A DNA stretch of 23,892 nucleotides from Candidatus Hydrogenedentota bacterium (GCA_034408725.1 JAWXCN010000139.1:1-23892), one strand, 5' to 3'. Positions 1 to 9,200 are shown, counted from the stretch's first letter. Program-made: numbers and translations. Notes: generated by a model not told the origin, from the letters alone.

Positions 1-835
1 GCGGTGCCCTCCCCCCCATCCACGTCACATACGTCGTCGGCAACTGGCCGGACGCGCTCACCGGATGAGCAAGCACCATGAGCAGTGCCTCTTCAACCGT
101 CTCGACGATTTTTTCCATGCCCATCACGCAGACGTGGCAATCGCCAATGCTGGAAACGAGCCTGCCATTGCCCTCGTTGGTTTCAATGACAATCGCGCCG
201 GATTCCGCTACCCCGATGTTTGCGCCAGTCATACCCATCTGCGCTTCAAGAAAAATCGGCCGCAGATAAGCCTGCACCACTTTCATAATCGACGGGATAT
301 CGCTGCTGCACGGCGCGCCGGTTTCTTTCGCGAAAATTGCGGCCACGTCTTCCGCCATTTTGTGAACCGACGGAAATACCAGGTGGTAGGGCTTTTCGTT
401 CACAAGCTGGATGATCAGCTCACCCAGGTCCGTCTCGATCACCTTCAGCCCCGCCTCGATCAGAGGATGATTAATCTCGATCTCTTCCGTGGTAAGTGAT
501 TTTGATTTCGCGATAGTCTTAACACCGCGCTCCAACGCAAGACGCAGCACATACTCGATCACCGCCGCGCCGTCCTTCGCAAGAAATACCTGAGCGCCAC
601 GTTTGCGCGAATTCTCCACAAAGCGTTCCAGCAGCGCAGGAAGGTTCTCAATGCAACGATCCTTGACGCGCTTCACGTCATCGCGAAACGCCGCGCCTCC
701 CGGCAACACGGCCAGCGCCTCGGTGCGCTTGTCGCGTCCGCGCTGCATGCACCGCATCAGCGCATGGCTGTCCTTCGGGTTCGCAATCGATTCACGAATG
801 CGCACGGAAAGCCGTTCGTAGCGGGCAGATGGCAT
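1..835 (-). CDS. lutB: Lactate utilization protein B (LutB/LldF, LUD-domain Fe-S protein); 5' part only, runs off the window
   Basis: Missing from the ORF track. Hand translation from ATG at 835 gives MPSARYERLSVRIRES...KTIAKSKSLTTEEIEINHPL...GMTGANIGVAESGAIVIETNEGNGRLVSS...HVCVMGMEKIV...SASGQLPTTYVTW, which carries LutB hallmark motifs. GGGGA SD upstream. Confidence 0.9.
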   Translation of the reverse strand, partial: MPSARYERLSVRIRESIANPKDSHALMRCMQRGRDKRTEALAVLPGGAAFRDDVKRVKDRCIENLPALLERFVENSRKRGAQVFLAKDGAAVIEYVLRLALERGVKTIAKSKSLTTEEIEINHPLIEAGLKVIETDLGELIIQLVNEKPYHLVFPSVHKMAEDVAAIFAKETGAPCSSDIPSIMKVVQAYLRPIFLEAQMGMTGANIGVAESGAIVIETNEGNGRLVSSIGDCHVCVMGMEKIVETVEEALLMVLAHPVSASGQLPTTYVTWMGGRAP

Positions 836-857
836 TGAATCCCCATTAGTCGATAAA

Positions 858-886
858 TTGACGCAAAATAGTTTTCAGAGTAGTCT
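858..886 (+). promoter_or_regulatory. Sigma70-like promoter of the TA pair
   Basis: TTGACG (858-863), 17-nt spacer, TAGTCT (881-886); 26 nt before the antitoxin ATG. Confidence 0.6.
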
Positions 887-912
887 AACAACACAACGCT
901 CAAAATATTACC

Positions 913-1146
913 ATGAAAACGATTCGAACAACGATAGATGATCGCGATGCGAAACGGGTCGCCAAAGCAGCAAAGGAAATGGGCGTTTCCGTCACTGAGT
1001 ATCTCAGGTACCTTGTCAGGACCGCGCATTCAAATGCCGGTGAGAAGACCCTTGAACATCTACACCGGGAAGCTTACAAACGTTGTCCCGTTCAGCCAGA
1101 CGAATTCCCATTTACCGAAGAAGACCAGGCATGGCCTGAATGGTGA
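913..1146 (+). CDS. Ribbon-helix-helix (CopG-like) antitoxin, MazE-type partner
   Basis: 77 aa with an RHH-like N-terminus (MKTIRTTIDD...GVSVTEYLRYLV) and an acidic tail (PVQPDEF..EEDQAW). Its stop overlaps the toxin start (ATGGTGA). Confidence 0.8.
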   Translation: MKTIRTTIDDRDAKRVAKAAKEMGVSVTEYLRYLVRTAHSNAGEKTLEHLHREAYKRCPVQPDEFPFTEEDQAWPEW

Positions 1147-1483
1147 TTTCCCGGGGTGAAATTAGGTGGTATAGTTTCGTTAAGTCTGATAAGCGACGGC
1201 CGGTCCTCGTGCTTACTCGCGATTCCGCCATACCTATCTCAATGCACTAACTGTCGCTCCCATTACTTCGTCGCTACGAGGAGCTCCGACCGAAATCCTG
1301 TTGGGTACAGAAGATGGTATGATGAAAACGTGTGCGGTTAATCTGGATAGGTTGCAAACCGTACCCAAGAAGAACTTCGGCGCTCGAATTACTTCTCTAA
1401 TCGGGCAGAAACTGGATCAAGTGAACGTGGCGATTGTATTCGCCCTCGGGCTATCGGGGAAATCACGCTCAATTCTCGGTTAA
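1140..1483 (+). pseudogene. mazF: MazF/PemK endoribonuclease toxin, frameshifted near 1233-1234
   Basis: ATG 1140 gives MVISRGEIRWYSFVKSDKRRPVLVLTRDSAI, with a stop at 1248-1250. The PemK sequence resumes in another frame from 1235: YLNALTVAPITSSLRGAPTEILLGTEDGMMKTCAVNLDRLQTVPK...FALGL, to TAA at 1483. Confidence 0.85.
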
Positions 1484-1487
1484 TTCT

Positions 1488-2054
1488 TCAATCCAACACC
1501 ACAATCGCATGCGCCGATTCCGGCCCGTGTACACCCAGCGTCAACTTTAGTTCGATATCGCCGGTCCGGCTAGGGCCGGACATGAAACTAACGACGCACG
1601 CCGCGGGGTTTTCCGCAAACAAGGCCCGGATACGTGGCGCGGCGTCTTCGTAACACTCGACAAGTTCCGATGCGCGCACAATGCCGATATGCGTCCTTGG
1701 AAGCGCCGATACGAGCCGGACCGCATCGTTGGTGGAAACCTCGACCAACGTGCCGGTCTGGGCGATACCAAACGAAATCCCCGTCACACCAACCTGCGCC
1801 TGATCGATTGCCGCCGGCAAAGTATCGGCAGGATAGGGTTGGCTCAAAACCTCGATCCCACTGCATTCCGCTACGATAGCCGCCGCGACGCCAGTATCAA
1901 GCCCGGCCAACGCAATCCGCCGCGCCTGTTTTTCCCGTGCAATCGTGCCGACAATGTGCGCGATGTCCGCATCGGTCCGCGCTGTATGCGCAATGCCCGC
2001 GACCGTCTCGAACGCCCGCGAAAACATCTCGACCACGGCAGGATTTGACCCCAT
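1488..2054 (-). CDS. lutC: Lactate utilization protein C (LutC/YkgG, LUD domain)
   Basis: Motifs GVTG..FGIAQTGTLV, RLVSALPRTHI and SGPSRTGDIE..L.LGVHGP. Start moved to ATG 2054, which follows an AGGGGGA SD. Confidence 0.9.
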   Translation of the reverse strand: MGSNPAVVEMFSRAFETVAGIAHTARTDADIAHIVGTIAREKQARRIALAGLDTGVAAAIVAECSGIEVLSQPYPADTLPAAIDQAQVGVTGISFGIAQTGTLVEVSTNDAVRLVSALPRTHIGIVRASELVECYEDAAPRIRALFAENPAACVVSFMSGPSRTGDIELKLTLGVHGPESAHAIVVLD

Positions 2055-2135
2055 GCTTCCCCCTACATTGAGCACGCGCCATTCTCTATACTTTCTTGCA
2101 GATAAGCAACTCGTGGTGAAGGGAGAACAGTGCAA

Positions 2136-3602
2136 ATGAAACAAGAGACTATTCAATCGCCTTTGGAGTTGATGAAAAATCTCCAGGGATCGATGGGAAA
2201 TGAATCCGAGCTTCTCGCCTACGACTCATGGTGGCAACGTGAAGGCAAAAACATTTCCACCGCCCACGATCGCGCGGGCACGCCCTGGCTACAGATGTAC
2301 GACGTCTTTGGCAAGCGCGTCGATATCGTTCAATGCGCGCCGGAATATTGGTCCATGCTGCGGCGCGGTTTTACCACCGGCGTCGTCTCGCGCGCGTTCA
2401 AGGAACAGTCGCTGCTTTCATCGTTCCGCATCGGCTACATCTGCTCATTCTATGACTCCGGATTGTTTTGCCCATACACCGTTTCGCTCTCGACGATCCT
2501 TCCACTGTCAAAGTATGGCGCGGAAGACGTCAAGGCCCGATACATGCCCAGGATGCTGCGCGAGGACGAATCCGTCTGGCACGGCGCAACCTGGATGACT
2601 GAAGCCGGCGGCGGCTCCGACCTGGGCCGGAACGTCGAAACCGTCGCGCGTCGCGATGGCGACCGATGGCTGCTCACCGGCGACAAGTATTTCACCAGCA
2701 ACGCAATCGCGGACATCGCCGTTGTCGCCGCGCGTCCCGAAGGCGCAGCCGCCGGTGTGCGCGGCCTCGCGCTCTACCTCGCGCCGAAACGCCGTGAAGA
2801 CGGCGCGCTGAATTTCCATATCCGCCGCATCAAAGACAAGATCGCCACGCGCGCGGTCATCACCGGCGAAATCGAACTTCGCGACAGCGAAGCCTATCTT
2901 CTCGGCAAACCGGAGCATGGCATCTACCATATCCTCGAAGTGCTGAACTGTTCGCGCGTGTGCAACGCGATCGGCAGCGTCGCGCTGACGCAACGCGCGC
3001 TGGCGGACGCCATAACATTCGCAAACGGCCGTGTCGCATTCGGCAAGCCCATCGCCGAACATCCGCTGCTGAAACAACAAATTTCCGAGCGTATCACGGC
3101 GCTCGAATCGGCGCACGCCATGGCCTGGGAATCAGTCCTGCTCTTCAATGAAGTGTGGAAGGAAACGCCGCCCTATTCGCCGCGATTCAACCTATTTCGC
3201 ATGATCGTGCATCTCGCAAAATACTGGACCGCCGAACTCGCCGTGCAAACCGCGAAATGGTGCATGGAAGTCCACGGCGGCATGGGCACGCTCGCGGAGT
3301 ACGGCGTCGAGCGGTGGTTGCGGGAAGCAATGATCCTCGCGATTTGGGAAGGTCCGCCCCACCGGCAAATCCTCGACGGCATCGAGGCCATGGAACGCAA
3401 GGGCGCGCACCGGCTTCTATTCGAACATCTCGCTCCAGGCGCGGATGCACACGCACTCGGCGACATGGTGCGCCGCGTGGAAATGCTGCTGACGCTACCA
3501 GTCGAAGAGCGCGAAGCCAGCAGCGAACCAGTGTTCCGCGACCTCGCCCAGTTTGCAGGCGCGGCGCTGGCCCAAAAACATCGTGGCCGCAACGCGCCGT
3601 AA
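2136..3602 (+). CDS. Acyl-CoA dehydrogenase family protein (AidB-like)
   Basis: Motifs ATWMTEAGGGSDL, LTGDKYFTS, RRIKDKIATR, RVAFGKPI, EVHGGMG and IWEG. GGAG SD before ATG 2136. Confidence 0.9.
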   Translation: MKQETIQSPLELMKNLQGSMGNESELLAYDSWWQREGKNISTAHDRAGTPWLQMYDVFGKRVDIVQCAPEYWSMLRRGFTTGVVSRAFKEQSLLSSFRIGYICSFYDSGLFCPYTVSLSTILPLSKYGAEDVKARYMPRMLREDESVWHGATWMTEAGGGSDLGRNVETVARRDGDRWLLTGDKYFTSNAIADIAVVAARPEGAAAGVRGLALYLAPKRREDGALNFHIRRIKDKIATRAVITGEIELRDSEAYLLGKPEHGIYHILEVLNCSRVCNAIGSVALTQRALADAITFANGRVAFGKPIAEHPLLKQQISERITALESAHAMAWESVLLFNEVWKETPPYSPRFNLFRMIVHLAKYWTAELAVQTAKWCMEVHGGMGTLAEYGVERWLREAMILAIWEGPPHRQILDGIEAMERKGAHRLLFEHLAPGADAHALGDMVRRVEMLLTLPVEEREASSEPVFRDLAQFAGAALAQKHRGRNAP

Positions 3603-3643
3603 CCATTCATCGATTTTCGACCCTGTCCGCGCTTCCCCGCGCG

Positions 3644-3673
3644 GTCCATGTTCGTCCGTGTTTGTCCGTGTCC
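3644..3673. repeat. Imperfect 10-bp tandem repeat (GTCCRTGTYY x3) between convergent genes
   Basis: gtccatgttc gtccgtgttt gtccgtgtcc, read directly. Confidence 0.6.
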
Positions 3674-3683
3674 ATCCACAGCC

Positions 3684-4238
3684 TTACCGCGCAATCTTCC
3701 CGTCCAAAAATGCTTCCACCAATTCCGCATTAAAATGTTTGCCGGATTCACTCCTCAGATGTTCCAGCGCGTCCTTCGTCGAATGCACATTCTTGCGATA
3801 ATGCCGCGGCGCGGTCATCGCGCAAAAGACGTCCACCAACCGGATAATCTGCGCAAGCCGCGGGATGTCGTTGCCCTCAAGTCCGTTCGGATACCCGGTG
3901 CCATCCCAACATTCGTGATGGTATCGCACAATGTCTTCAATATCCCTCAGACCTTCGGTCTGTTTCACCAAATCGCCGCCGCGATGCGTATGCGCCCGGA
4001 CGGCTTCCCATTCGTCGTGGCTCAGGATCGTTTGCTTTAACAGGAGAGAGTTTGGAATGCGGAGCTTGCCGATGTCCCGGAGCAGCGCGCCACGCGCCAG
4101 TGTCAATTGTTCCTGAGGCGACAAGTGCAGCGACTGGCCAAACCGCGAGGCGCATTCCATGACCCGCGCAGATGCCCCGAGCGGAAGATCCTCGCGGCTA
4201 TCAATCGATTCCGCAAGCAGCGTAATGAGTTCATTCAT
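3684..4238 (-). CDS. Stand-alone HD-GYP domain protein with degenerate metal ligands
   Basis: HHECWDGTGYPNGLEGNDIP and MTAPRHYRK are present, but the HD motif reads LLRDIGK. Start chosen at ATG 4238 after a GGGGGA SD. Confidence 0.85.
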   Translation of the reverse strand: MNELITLLAESIDSREDLPLGASARVMECASRFGQSLHLSPQEQLTLARGALLRDIGKLRIPNSLLLKQTILSHDEWEAVRAHTHRGGDLVKQTEGLRDIEDIVRYHHECWDGTGYPNGLEGNDIPRLAQIIRLVDVFCAMTAPRHYRKNVHSTKDALEHLRSESGKHFNAELVEAFLDGKIAR

Positions 4239-4319
4239 CGGAGTCCCCCGGTTGTTCTCTGCGCGCATGTTAGCAATGTAATTATAAGGGGGCAAGCGTT
4301 GCATCCGACCTGTCGCGGA

Positions 4320-4348
4320 TTGACGCTTCAGTCAAAGGAGCGTATCCT
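4320..4348 (+). promoter_or_regulatory. Sigma70-like promoter with a TTGAC-N6-GTCAA palindrome over the -35
   Basis: TTGACG (4320-4325), 17 nt, TATCCT (4343-4348); the ATG follows 8 nt later. Confidence 0.55.
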
Positions 4349-4356
4349 GAACCGGT

Positions 4357-5316
4357 ATGCGGCGCAATGGATTCACACTGATCGAACTGCTGGTCGTCAT
4401 CGCGATCATCGGCATTCTTGCCGCCGTGCTTTTGCCCGCGCTTGCTCGCGCGCGCGAAGCCGCTCGCAGGGCCTCCTGCCAGAACAATCTCAAACAATTC
4501 GGAGTCGTGTTCGCAATCTACGCCGGCGAAACGCGCGGCGCGTATCCCCCGGCATCCCCGTACAGCAGCGTCCGGCCAGACGCGCGCTCTTCCCCACTTT
4601 GGGAAGCACCCAGCGCAATGGCCGTGTATCCGGAGTACCTCGCCACGCTCGATGTTGCGCAATGCCCATCGGACCCCGGCGGCAACCCCGAATGGGCGAG
4701 CGTGCTGCAACGCATGCCCGCGACCGGCGATTTTGAATCGTGGCAACAGGATTCCATTGACGCGGCAGACTTCATCTCGCTCGATTATTTCAACTGCGCC
4801 GAACTCGCGCGCTCGTATCATTACAAAGGCTACGTTATAACCACCGTCAACGAATACTACGGCGTATGGGGCGCGAAAGCGACGAACACCATCGCCGGTT
4901 CCGCGGCAATCCTCGGCGTCGGCACGGTTAACGTCAAAGACTATTCCGGCGACCTCAGCGTCACGTCGCCGATTTGGCCGCCGTGGGTTCCCGCCCCGCC
5001 GATCGCCTCCGGCACGGCAGGCGCCAATATCGTCCGCGCGCTTCGGCAAGGTGTCGAGCGGTTCATGATCACCGATATCAACGATGCGACACGGTCGTCC
5101 CGCGCGGAAAGCAGTATGCCCGTGATGTGGGACACGTTCGGCGCCGGTTCATTTTCCGATTCCGGCAACGCGCAGGTCGTGTTCAACCATCTGCCCGGCG
5201 GCTGCAACGTACTCTACATGGATGGCCACGTCGAGTTTATTCGTTATCCAGGGCCGTTTCCCATCACTGACGACGAGCAGGTCCTAAAGGAAAACAGCCA
5301 CCACGGGTTGGGATAG
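4357..5316 (+). CDS. DUF1559 prepilin-type N-terminal cleavage/methylation protein with C-terminal H-X9-DG motif
   Basis: [66 protein letters not shown]. Confidence 0.93.
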   Translation: MRRNGFTLIELLVVIAIIGILAAVLLPALARAREAARRASCQNNLKQFGVVFAIYAGETRGAYPPASPYSSVRPDARSSPLWEAPSAMAVYPEYLATLDVAQCPSDPGGNPEWASVLQRMPATGDFESWQQDSIDAADFISLDYFNCAELARSYHYKGYVITTVNEYYGVWGAKATNTIAGSAAILGVGTVNVKDYSGDLSVTSPIWPPWVPAPPIASGTAGANIVRALRQGVERFMITDINDATRSSRAESSMPVMWDTFGAGSFSDSGNAQVVFNHLPGGCNVLYMDGHVEFIRYPGPFPITDDEQVLKENSHHGLG

Positions 5317-5317
5317 T

Positions 5318-5341
5318 GAGTTAGCGAGTTAGCGAGTTAGC
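5318..5341. repeat. Perfect 8-bp tandem repeat GAGTTAGC x3
   Basis: Read directly, just after the stop codon at 5316. Confidence 0.85.
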
Positions 5342-5349
5342 CTGGCCAA

Positions 5350-5380
5350 GTAGCGCCGCCATTGCCAAGGGCGGCGCGTT
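5350..5380 (+). terminator. GC hairpin (GTAG-prefixed, REP-like), possible terminator
   Basis: GTAG-CGCCGCC-attgccaag-GGCGGCG-cgtt; the U tract is weak. Confidence 0.45.
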
Positions 5381-5451
5381 TCGGAGCGATCAGATAAGCC
5401 CACTCCGCGAATGACCTACGACTCTCTCGCCGGACACACCATCCCGAATCA

Positions 5452-5479
5452 ATCCCCCTTTGAAGGGGGCCAGGGGGAT
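5452..5479. repeat. REP-like palindrome ATCCCCCTTTGAAGGGGGCCAGGGGGAT
   Basis: CCCCCTT/AAGGGGG stem, with an alternative ATCCCCCT/AGGGGGAT pairing; lies next to the stop of the convergent gene. Confidence 0.6.
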
Positions 5480-5483
5480 GTTC

Positions 5484-5867
5484 CTACCGCCGCCGCTTGT
5501 TCGACGACTTCGCCTTGTCCCGCAAATACGACGCGCCACTGCCATGCGCGCTGGGCTTGCGTGACGAGTTCGAGCTGTGGTTCAGCGCGCCGCTGTTACG
5601 CGCGGAAGTGCGCTTCGCCCGTTGCGGTTCCTGATAACCGCGGGGCTGATTGCGCATCTGCTGGGGTAATTTTTGGTAGGTCGAAGGCGTGATCGCTTTC
5701 GTGACAGCCTTGTCCGTCGTGCTCAGCGTTTTGTTTGCGGTTTTGTTCGCAAGCCCCAAAATGCCGTTCGCCAGATTCCGCGCCGCGCCAATCGTGCCGC
5801 AACCGCTAAAAATCCCCGCGGCAAACACGACCCCCACTCCCACTGCTATCGACCGGACCCAGCGCAT
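5484..5867 (-). CDS. Hypothetical lipoprotein with basic, low-complexity C-terminus
   Basis: MRWVRSIAVGVGVVFAAGIFSG-C lipobox; GGAGG SD before ATG 5867; promoter upstream. Confidence 0.7.
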   Translation of the reverse strand: MRWVRSIAVGVGVVFAAGIFSGCGTIGAARNLANGILGLANKTANKTLSTTDKAVTKAITPSTYQKLPQQMRNQPRGYQEPQRAKRTSARNSGALNHSSNSSRKPSAHGSGASYLRDKAKSSNKRRR

Positions 5868-5896
5868 TGACCACCTCCCACACCCTGTGAGCAATT

Positions 5897-5925
5897 ACGA
5901 TACGGGATCACCCCACGGGCGTCAA
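5897..5925 (-). promoter_or_regulatory. Sigma70-like promoter of the lipoprotein gene
   Basis: Minus strand TTGACG, 17 nt, TATCGT. Confidence 0.5.
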
Positions 5926-5971
5926 GAATTTAGTTTCGCTCTACGTTGCGCACAAAGCGAAATTCATTTCA

Positions 5972-6037
5972 GGAGCGCGGGTTTCCAACCCGCGATTTTG
6001 CTGCCATCCCGAATCGCGGGTTGGAAACCCGCGCTCC
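5972..6037. repeat. REP doublet (REPIN-like): perfect 26-bp inverted repeat with 14-bp spacer
   Basis: GGAGCGCGGGTTTCCAACCCGCGATT (5972-5997) and its exact reverse complement (6012-6037). Each arm is GGAG plus an internal hairpin. Confidence 0.85.
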
Positions 6038-6229
6038 ATTGCCCGAATTCACCCGCCGTTACTAACTCACCCAGAGCGTTGCACCATGAAACCACGCACG
6101 GACAACTCCGCGATTTAACCCGTATTCGCTTTACATCGCAGGTCACACATTTCTCCCGCGCGCTGGATGCGGTGTATATGGAAATTAATTCAAGGGGTAT
6201 TGATGGGTATTCGCAGTTTGGCGCGCAGC

Positions 6230-9200
6230 CTACTGCTGGTACGTCATGTTGAAGATGGTATCCGTGAGCCAGCGCCGGAAGGAATCGTTTTCCTTAAACT
6301 GCTTGAACAACTGGGTGTCGTCCCTCAGCAGTCCGGTGATAACGCCGTTCAAAGCCACGTCATGTTCGATTTTAGCGTTCTGTCGGTCCGAGTTCTTTTT
6401 GGCATTTTGGTAGGCTTGATTCGCCGACACCTTCATGGGTATTTCGTTCATGATTCGCTTTTCCATCCGGTCCGGATCGTCGAATAGTCCGCCGAACTGT
6501 TCATTGAACGCTTTGATGATATTCGACAGTTTGTCCATTTCCGGTTCGGGTTTACGGCCACCACCGGAAGCAGGTACCGGATCAATTTCCGCGTCGGCGT
6601 CAGGCAGCGCTATTGCAATCGTCGCTTTCTTTTCCGCGCGATAGCTGTCCATGTCAATCGATTCGAGGATTCCCCTCGCCAGGTCCACATCGTCAGGCGC
6701 CGGCAATTTTGGAATAAGGAAGTTCAGGAACGTCGAAAGCTTCTCCCACTCCTGAATCCCGTAAGGCAGTATCGTTGCGAGAAAACCGTACGTGCGCGTG
6801 AAAGCCTTCGCCTTGCCTTTGAAATCCACCTGGCCGTCTTCGTCCAAGTCAGTTTTGTAAATTGCGACGCAGGCATCCAGTATGGGATCGAGTTGGTCAC
6901 GTTCGGCATCATCGAAGTATAGCTCCACGAACATTTCGATTTGTTCCGGCGCGTAAACCTGATGGTTGTCCAAATCTGCTTTCAACTCGTGAAGCTTATT
7001 GGGGTCGGTCTCTTTGCTCAAAATGGTCGTGCGGTAATATGGCGCAAAGGCCGCCTCAATCGTGTCGGTGTCGTTCTGGAAATCGAGCACGAACACATCG
7101 TGTTTGTTCGGGCACGAGCGGTTCAGTCGGGACAAGGTCTGCACGGCTTTAATGTTGGAGAGCGCCTTATCCACATACATCGTGTGCAACAGCGGCTGGT
7201 CATATCCCGTCTGGAATTTCTCGGCGCAGATTAGAAAGCGATACGGGTCCTCTTGAATCTTATCCGCGATGTCGTTGCTTGCAAACCCATTCAATTTGGA
7301 CTCGCTGGTTTTCTCGCCGTCGTATATGGGTTGACCGGAAAATGCGACGATGGCTTTGTACGGGCTTTTAATTTCCGCGAGGTATGCGCGAAAAGCGAAA
7401 AAGTATTGAATCGCGCGCTTAATGCTTCCCGTCACGACCATTGCACGCGCCTGTCCATCGATCTTGCGTTGGCCAATTACCTGTTCGTGAAAGTGGTCCA
7501 CCATAATCTCCGCCTTGTCGCGGATGGCTTTCTTATGCCCCTCGATGTAGCGCCGCAGTTTCTTGCGCGCCTTTTTCACATCGAACAGCGGATCGCCCTG
7601 GATCGTCTTTGCCAGACGGTAATAACTTTCCACCGGCGTGTAGTGCTGGAGCACGTCGAGGATAAAACCTTCCTGGATAGCCTGTTTCATCGTGTAGCCG
7701 TGGAACGGGCGATGTTTCACCTCCCCACCCTCAGTAAAGGCCAACCCAAAGATTTCCAGCGTCTTGTTCTTTGGCGTGGCGGTGAACGCAAAGTAGCTCG
7801 CGTTGCGCAGCAGTTTCCGGGATTCGATGATCCGGTTGATGTAGTCCTCGGTGGACTCGTCTTCCTGTTCCGCTCCGTTTTCGGATAGCGCCATGCTCAT
7901 CGCCGACGCCGTACGACCGCCCTGGCTCGAATGCGCCTCATCGATAATAATCGCGTATTTCTGTCCCCGGTGCTCTTCCCCAATTGTATCCAGCACGTAA
8001 GGAAAGGTCTGCACCGTGGAAATAATGAGCTTCTTGCCGTCTCGCAAAAATTTGGAAAGTTGTTCCGTTTTCGAGGTGCCCCCTCCCTCTCTCACCGCGC
8101 CGATGATGCTGCCGACCTGCGCAAACCCTTTGATTGTTTCGCGGATCTGTTTGTCCAAAATCCTACGGTCCGTGACGACGATGATGGAATCGAAAATTTC
8201 CTTCTTTCCTTTTCTAAGTCCGATGAGTTGGTGCGCGAGCCACGCAATCGAATTGGATTTTCCGCTGCCCGCGGAGTGCTGAATGAGATACCGTTTTCCC
8301 GCGCCGTGTTGCGCCACGTCCGCCAGCAGCTTTATCACCACATCAAGCTGGTGATAGCGCGGAAATATCTGCTCGGTTTTGGTCTTGCCGGTCTTCGGGT
8401 CCAACTCCTCAACAATCTGGGCGTAATTCTCGATGATATTTGTGAGCTGTTCCGGCACCAGAATGTTTTTCCACAGGTAGTCGGTTTTGATCCCCTTCGG
8501 GTTCGGCGGATTCCCCGCGCCGTCGTTCCACCCTTTATCAAAAGGCAGGAACCAAGAATCCTTCGCCATGCCCTTCTTGCCCTTGAGCGCGGTACACATC
8601 GCCACCCGCTGATCATCCACCGCGAAATGCACGATGCACCGGCCAAACTCGAACAGGGTCTCGCGCGGGTCGCGGTCGCGTTTGTATTGTTCAATCGCGT
8701 CTTCGACGGTCTGTTTGGTCAGGCTGTTTTTCAGTTCAAACGAGGCCACCGGCAGCCCATTGATGAACGCGCACAGGTCGAGCGCGCGCTTCGTCTCGTC
8801 CCGGCTGTAGTGCAGTTGCCGGGTGATGGTGAACCGGTTGGCCGCGTTCCGTTCGACGGCCTTTTCGTTCTCGGGCGAAGGCGTGCCATAGAACAGATCG
8901 AAATTCAGCGGACCGTGCTTGATCCCGCGCCGCAGCACATCGATCACACCGCGCCGCGTAATCTCCCCTTGCAACCGCGCAAGGAACTTTTGAGTGGCGA
9001 TGCCGTCGTGGCGTTTGTAGTCCGTATTTCCGAGTTTTGCGTATTCGTCGGGTTGGGTGGTTTGAAGGAAGGCAAATAACTGTTCCGTATCCACGGCGTA
9101 GGCGCGGTCATAGGATGTCGGGGTGCCCGCGCGCCAACCGTTGCCACCGATGGACGACACCCCTTCGGTGACTTCGCCGGTTCCCACAGAAAAAAAGCCG

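Noticed and set aside
65..821. Plus-strand ORFs 65..499, 78..269 and 603..821
   Set aside because: Antisense shadows of lutB, which has clear motifs on the minus strand.
1301..1483. 60-aa ORF as an independent gene
   Set aside because: It is the C-terminal half of the frameshifted MazF.
835..1494. Possible target-site duplication GGATT(C/G)AA around the TA insert
   Set aside because: Only 7 of 8 bases match and the motif is short; chance cannot be excluded without an empty-site allele.
5689..6252. 187-aa plus-strand ORF and 60-aa minus ORF containing SAGFQPA/AGWKPAL
   Set aside because: These peptides are translations of the REP doublet; the longer ORF also overlaps the lipoprotein gene antisense.
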